Shown one piece after another: positions 60,526-64,000 of a stretch of 64,000 bases of DNA. Position 1 is the first letter of the stretch; the number at the start of each line of letters is the position of its first letter. The DNA is taken from assembly GCA_963716205.1 (NCBI GenBank), contig OY970290.1:584823-648822 (forward strand). The letters are read 5' to 3'. Source of the DNA: an uncultured bacterium (GTDB lineage Bacteria > Patescibacteriota > Minisyncoccia > Phycocordibacterales > GWA1-40-21). The notes under the pieces were generated by a model. The model ran no database searches. It was not told where the DNA came from and saw only the letters and a program-made list of their open reading frames with translations. A program made the position numbers and the translations under genes.

Positions 60526-60771
60526 ATGGCAAAAGTCTGTGCAATCACAAAAAAAAGTTCAATATTAGGTGCCGGATATTCCAACAGAACCCGTGCCACG
60601 CAGTTTAACCCTACCGGAAAAATCAGAAAATACATCAATCTTCAGAAAAAGAGGATTTATGTCCCTGAATTGAAGAAAACATTCGTCCTTACCCTTTCGA
60701 CGAGAGCTCTCAAAACAATCCAGAAAAACGGCGCTTTCGCCACGCTTTATAAAGCCGGAATTATAAAATAA
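60526..60771 (+). CDS. rpmB: 50S ribosomal protein L28
   Basis: MAKVCAITKK...NRTRATQFNPTGKIRKYINLQKKRIYV... followed by a terminator. Confidence 0.65.
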   Translation: MAKVCAITKKSSILGAGYSNRTRATQFNPTGKIRKYINLQKKRIYVPELKKTFVLTLSTRALKTIQKNGAFATLYKAGIIK

Positions 60772-60777
60772 ACTAAA

Positions 60778-60817
60778 ACAAAAAGGCGGCTCGCGAGGAG
60801 AGCCGCCTTTTTGTTTT
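60778..60817 (+). terminator. Rho-independent terminator after rpmB
   Basis: ggcggctc-gcgagga-gagccgcc followed by a T-run. Confidence 0.6.
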
Positions 60818-60828
60818 TAATTCAGCTA

Positions 60829-61260
60829 TTATTTCTTTGTTGTCGAAGTTGCGGTTGCCGCTGTCGACGTTGCCGGATTTTGCATAATAACCGGTCCGAC
60901 ATTCACAATCATATTTCTCGACGGAGAATATACGATTGCTTTGGCTGCTTTTTGATATACGAGCACCACATCGCCGTCTATCGCACCCGTATAAAATGCC
61001 TGCTGTTTGATAAGAGATGAGGCGTCGTTGATTGTAGCGATGACAGGCTGTTCACCGGTAGGAAGAATGACAAGCTTGCCAACTTTTGCAATGAGAGCAG
61101 CCATCTGAGCCTGATCTGTCTGAGCTGTTACTGCACTTTGACTTGTTGTTGAAGATCCATAAAAATGGTTCCATACCCACAAACCTCCAACTCCAATAAT
61201 GATACCAATAATAAGTCCAACAAAAACTGAACTGCCACCCTTTTTTACTTCGTCATCCAT
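60829..61260 (-). CDS. hypothetical membrane-anchored protein
   Basis: One N-terminal TM helix and an Ala/Thr-rich C-terminus. Confidence 0.4.
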   Translation of the reverse strand: MDDEVKKGGSSVFVGLIIGIIIGVGGLWVWNHFYGSSTTSQSAVTAQTDQAQMAALIAKVGKLVILPTGEQPVIATINDASSLIKQQAFYTGAIDGDVVLVYQKAAKAIVYSPSRNMIVNVGPVIMQNPATSTAATATSTTKK

Positions 61261-61571
61261 TTTTTTATTTTATTTAGTTGTTAATAATAACGAGCTTTAA
61301 AAAGCTTTGTACATGCATTATACAAATAATCCTAAAAATAAACAACTTGCCCTGTTTATTATTTGTTTCCTATTTTTTCCATCTGATGTAAAAACAATAT
61401 CGCCATTAATTATATGTTTCGATTGGCACAGTTTTGACATTCTCGAGCGAAGCAAGCGTTTCTGCATCCGGATATCCGTATGTATTATTTTTCACCGGAG
61501 AATTGTAGTATAAAAAAATCCCCACACCGTACTTATGGTGGGGGGATTGAACATCTTTGCACCTTTAATGC

Positions 61572-62093
61572 TTACTCTGATGCCTGGATGGGCAATTTCA
61601 ATAGCAGTTGCGATGAACCCGAACAATAAAGGCTGTTGCGACTGTCGAGGAATCTTCCGCGGTCATCATGTCTGAACACGATAACCCCGCCACGCCCCGG
61701 CATCACAATAAAAAAACTTTCTCCTTCCGGTTGATTATACTGACACGCAAGCTCAAGAACCTCACGGCGGGAATAAAATGAAAGACCAAGATCTTTCACT
61801 CGCTTGCACATTTCTTCTTCCGCATTCCCAAGCTGTTCAAAGGAAAAAATTACCGGCGTTGACCTCCCGAATGTTTTTCCAAAATCACCCAATACCGTGG
61901 AACTGGTTATCAGCTCTTCTTTGGCTATCGGACTCAGAGAAATTCCTTTCTGGTCTACCCGCTTAAGCAGATCTTCATGGCTCATCCGAAAAACTCTCAA
62001 AACTGGCAGTTTTTTTAGACACATCTTGAGCGGATCAGCCATCACCTTTCCAGAATTTTCTCTTTCAAGAACAGTATTGTCACTCGGTGTCAT
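61572..62093 (-). CDS. hypothetical protein
   Basis: 173 aa. A terminator hairpin lies at about 61520-61556. Confidence 0.35.
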   Translation of the reverse strand: MTPSDNTVLERENSGKVMADPLKMCLKKLPVLRVFRMSHEDLLKRVDQKGISLSPIAKEELITSSTVLGDFGKTFGRSTPVIFSFEQLGNAEEEMCKRVKDLGLSFYSRREVLELACQYNQPEGESFFIVMPGRGGVIVFRHDDRGRFLDSRNSLYCSGSSQLLLKLPIQASE

Positions 62094-62187
62094 AAAATCT
62101 CACTTTCTCAATTGTATTTAACGGTTGTTCAGACAACCGCTTGCAACCCAACTAAAAAGAACTGGCGGAAATGATACAACTCTTATT

Positions 62188-62682
62188 TTATTTGTCAAAT
62201 ATTTTCACTTTGTAGCTGTTGATATCTCCGAAAAAAAGTTTCGGCTTCTCGCCATCGGCAAACATTGTCGCAATTTCGTCGCATCTCTCATTTCCCGGCA
62301 CTCCGGCATGTCCGGCGACATGATTCCATGTTATTTTTTTATCTTTTGCGGCTTCAATCAGCTCTTCCCACAGCTCGCGATTCAAGACCGGCTTCTTTGC
62401 GGAATTTTTCCAATTGTTTTTCTGCCAATTGTGAATCCATTCTGTCATCCCGAGAGTGATGTATGTCGAATCCGTATTGAGAATTATTTCTGTGTCGGAA
62501 TTTTTCACGGACTGCAATGCGAAAATCGCGCCGGAAAGTTCCATTTTATTATTTGTTGTATGTTTCTCACCTCTGCCCAGCTCGGTGACTTTTCCATGCC
62601 CATATACAATCGCACCCCAGCCGCCCGGCCCCGGATTGCCTCGCGATGAACCGTCACAGAAAATAATTATTTTATTTTGCAT
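62188..62682 (-). CDS. rnhA: ribonuclease HI
   Basis: ...IFCDGSSRGNPGPGGWGAIV... with DEDD catalytic residues. Confidence 0.85.
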   Translation of the reverse strand: MQNKIIIFCDGSSRGNPGPGGWGAIVYGHGKVTELGRGEKHTTNNKMELSGAIFALQSVKNSDTEIILNTDSTYITLGMTEWIHNWQKNNWKNSAKKPVLNRELWEELIEAAKDKKITWNHVAGHAGVPGNERCDEIATMFADGEKPKLFFGDINSYKVKIFDK

Positions 62683-62734
62683 TTTTTGTATAAATTATTT
62701 TTATATTATATCAGATTTGTGCTAAGATTTATTC

Positions 62735-63475
62735 ATGCTTACGAAAAACCAGGCAAAGCTCATCAAATCTCTAGCTGACAAAAAAAATCGTGTGGAAACG
62801 GGATTATTTTTGGTGGAAGGAGCAAAGAGTGTAATAGAGTTGCTCAATTCTGATTTTGAAATTGATCTGATACTCACCACTGATGAATTTTTTGCAAAAC
62901 ACGGTGAGCAAATCCGCGACTGGTCAAAAGAATTTGAAATTGTAAAACAAGATGAAATAGAAAAGGTTGGCACACTTGAGACGAATGACTCCGCGCTCGC
63001 CGTTGTGAAACAGAAATCAAACACTGCGCCTGAAACAAAAAGTACTGGAATAATTCTCGCTCTTGATGAAATAAAAGATCCTGGCAATCTCGGCACCATT
63101 ATCAGAATTGCCGACTGGTACGGAGTGAAAAATATTGTTGCATCAAAAAATACCGTCGACTTTTACAATCCGAAAGTCATCGCCGCTTCCAAAGGTTCAT
63201 TCACGCGAGTGAATATGTTTTACACAGATTTGAAAGAATTTTTGCCGCAAACAAAACTTTCGATTCTCGGCGCCTATATGGAAGGTGTTAATATTCATGA
63301 AACGAAATTCCCATCAAACGGAATTCTCTTGATGGGCAATGAATCAAACGGTGTAAATTCCGAATTGGAAAAATTCATCACAGAAAAAATCACTATTCCC
63401 TCTTTTGGTCACGCCGAATCGCTCAATGTTGCAATTGCAACGGCGGTGATTTTAGATAATTGGAAAAGGAAATAA
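62735..63475 (+). CDS. SpoU/TrmH-family RNA 2'-O-methyltransferase
   Basis: ...ILALDEIKDPGNLGTIIRIADWYGV..., LLMGNESNGV and SLNVAIATAVIL. Confidence 0.8.
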   Translation: MLTKNQAKLIKSLADKKNRVETGLFLVEGAKSVIELLNSDFEIDLILTTDEFFAKHGEQIRDWSKEFEIVKQDEIEKVGTLETNDSALAVVKQKSNTAPETKSTGIILALDEIKDPGNLGTIIRIADWYGVKNIVASKNTVDFYNPKVIAASKGSFTRVNMFYTDLKEFLPQTKLSILGAYMEGVNIHETKFPSNGILLMGNESNGVNSELEKFITEKITIPSFGHAESLNVAIATAVILDNWKRK

Positions 63476-63484
63476 AAAAACTCC

Positions 63485-63751
63485 TCAGATTTCACCCCGA
63501 GGAGTTTTCGTATTTCTGGCAAAACCTGCATTGATCAATTCTTGAGCGTCTTCTTGCTCAAAATCAAAGGGGGCGCCACAGAACCACATGGTCAAACCGC
63601 TTTGGTTCAAAATCTTCAGTTCCATAAATTCGAGAGGAAATCGACCAGTGAAGACAATCTTCACTGGATTGAGAACTTCAGTATTCTCTTTCATCCAATC
63701 CGGATCAACTCTGAATCCCAAAACAATTTTTCGTTTATCAACTTCCGGCAT
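63485..63751 (-). CDS. hypothetical protein
   Basis: 88 aa. Confidence 0.3.
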   Translation of the reverse strand: MPEVDKRKIVLGFRVDPDWMKENTEVLNPVKIVFTGRFPLEFMELKILNQSGLTMWFCGAPFDFEQEDAQELINAGFARNTKTPRGEI

Positions 63752-63826
63752 CAGTGACCTCCTTGTAACATTTTATTTGCAAACTTCTGTTCTTACAATA
63801 ACAAAATATAAGTTAGAATGCAAAGA

Positions 63827-64000
63827 TTATTTCTCCGAAAACAATTCCTCTTTCGGAAATCTCACTTTTGGCCGTTTCAGATATTCATCATCTGCCGATC
63901 GATATCCGACAGCAAACGTTACAACAGGATAGAGATTGTCCGGCAATTTCAAAATTTTCTTGAACGCATCCGGATCAAACCCCTCCATCGGGCATGAATC
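63827..64000 (-). CDS. nitroreductase-family protein, C-terminal fragment (N-terminus beyond window end)
   Basis: The reverse complement translates to ...PMEGFDPDAFKKILKLPDNLYPVVTFAVGYRSADDEYLKRPKVRFPKEELFSEK*. Confidence 0.5.
   Translation of the reverse strand, partial: DSCPMEGFDPDAFKKILKLPDNLYPVVTFAVGYRSADDEYLKRPKVRFPKEELFSEK

Noticed and set aside
62125-62649. 174-aa plus-strand ORF
   Set aside because: Antisense within rnhA.

Overview
The window reads like a small, low-GC bacterial genome with Patescibacteria/CPR-like gene content. This is inferred from the type IV pilus cluster, gatCA, compact ribosomal operons and many small secreted or membrane hypotheticals. Most genes are on the minus strand.

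Core content:
- A tripartite efflux system, two HlyD-like adaptors plus an ABC-2 permease and ATPase (1-3602).
- tRNA-Met(CAT), gatC-gatA, a CaCA antiporter, and ligA.
- A complete type IV pilus locus at 11450-23541: pilM-N-O, pilB, pilT, pilC, two tandem pilA-like genes, pilD, and four minor (pseudo)pilins.
- mltG, tRNA-Ser(GCT), an MgtC-like protein, recG, tRNA-Ile(UAU), ftsH, and smpB followed by tmRNA.
- infC-rpmI-rplT, an RNase J-like beta-CASP hydrolase, rplJ-rplL, and an S10 operon cut off after rplB (rpsJ-rplC-rplD-rplW-rplB).
- tuf, fusA-rpsG-rpsL, a site-2 protease, rpmB, rnhA, a SpoU/TrmH methyltransferase, and a partial nitroreductase at the window end.

An accessory island of about 11 kb (31977 to about 43200) is inserted at the 3' end of the tmRNA gene. 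It carries:
- an N-terminally truncated large serine recombinase remnant;
- a RuvC-like resolvase;
- a SAM-dependent methyltransferase, plus secreted and lipoproteins;
- a type II restriction-modification pair (gamma-class N6-adenine methyltransferase with a PstI/BsuBI-like endonuclease) beside an XRE-type HTH regulator;
- a STAND/NACHT-like P-loop NTPase split by a frameshift in a T6 run;
- a diversity-generating retroelement (DGR).

The DGR is the most interesting feature. It has a 116-nt template/variable repeat pair in which 16 of 17 mismatches fall on template-repeat adenines. The variable repeat sits at the extreme 3' end of a target gene. An Avd-like four-helix-bundle gene lies on the opposite strand. 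The reverse transcriptase ORF stops after motifs 1-2 and lacks YxDD. No CRISPR arrays or rRNA genes were seen.
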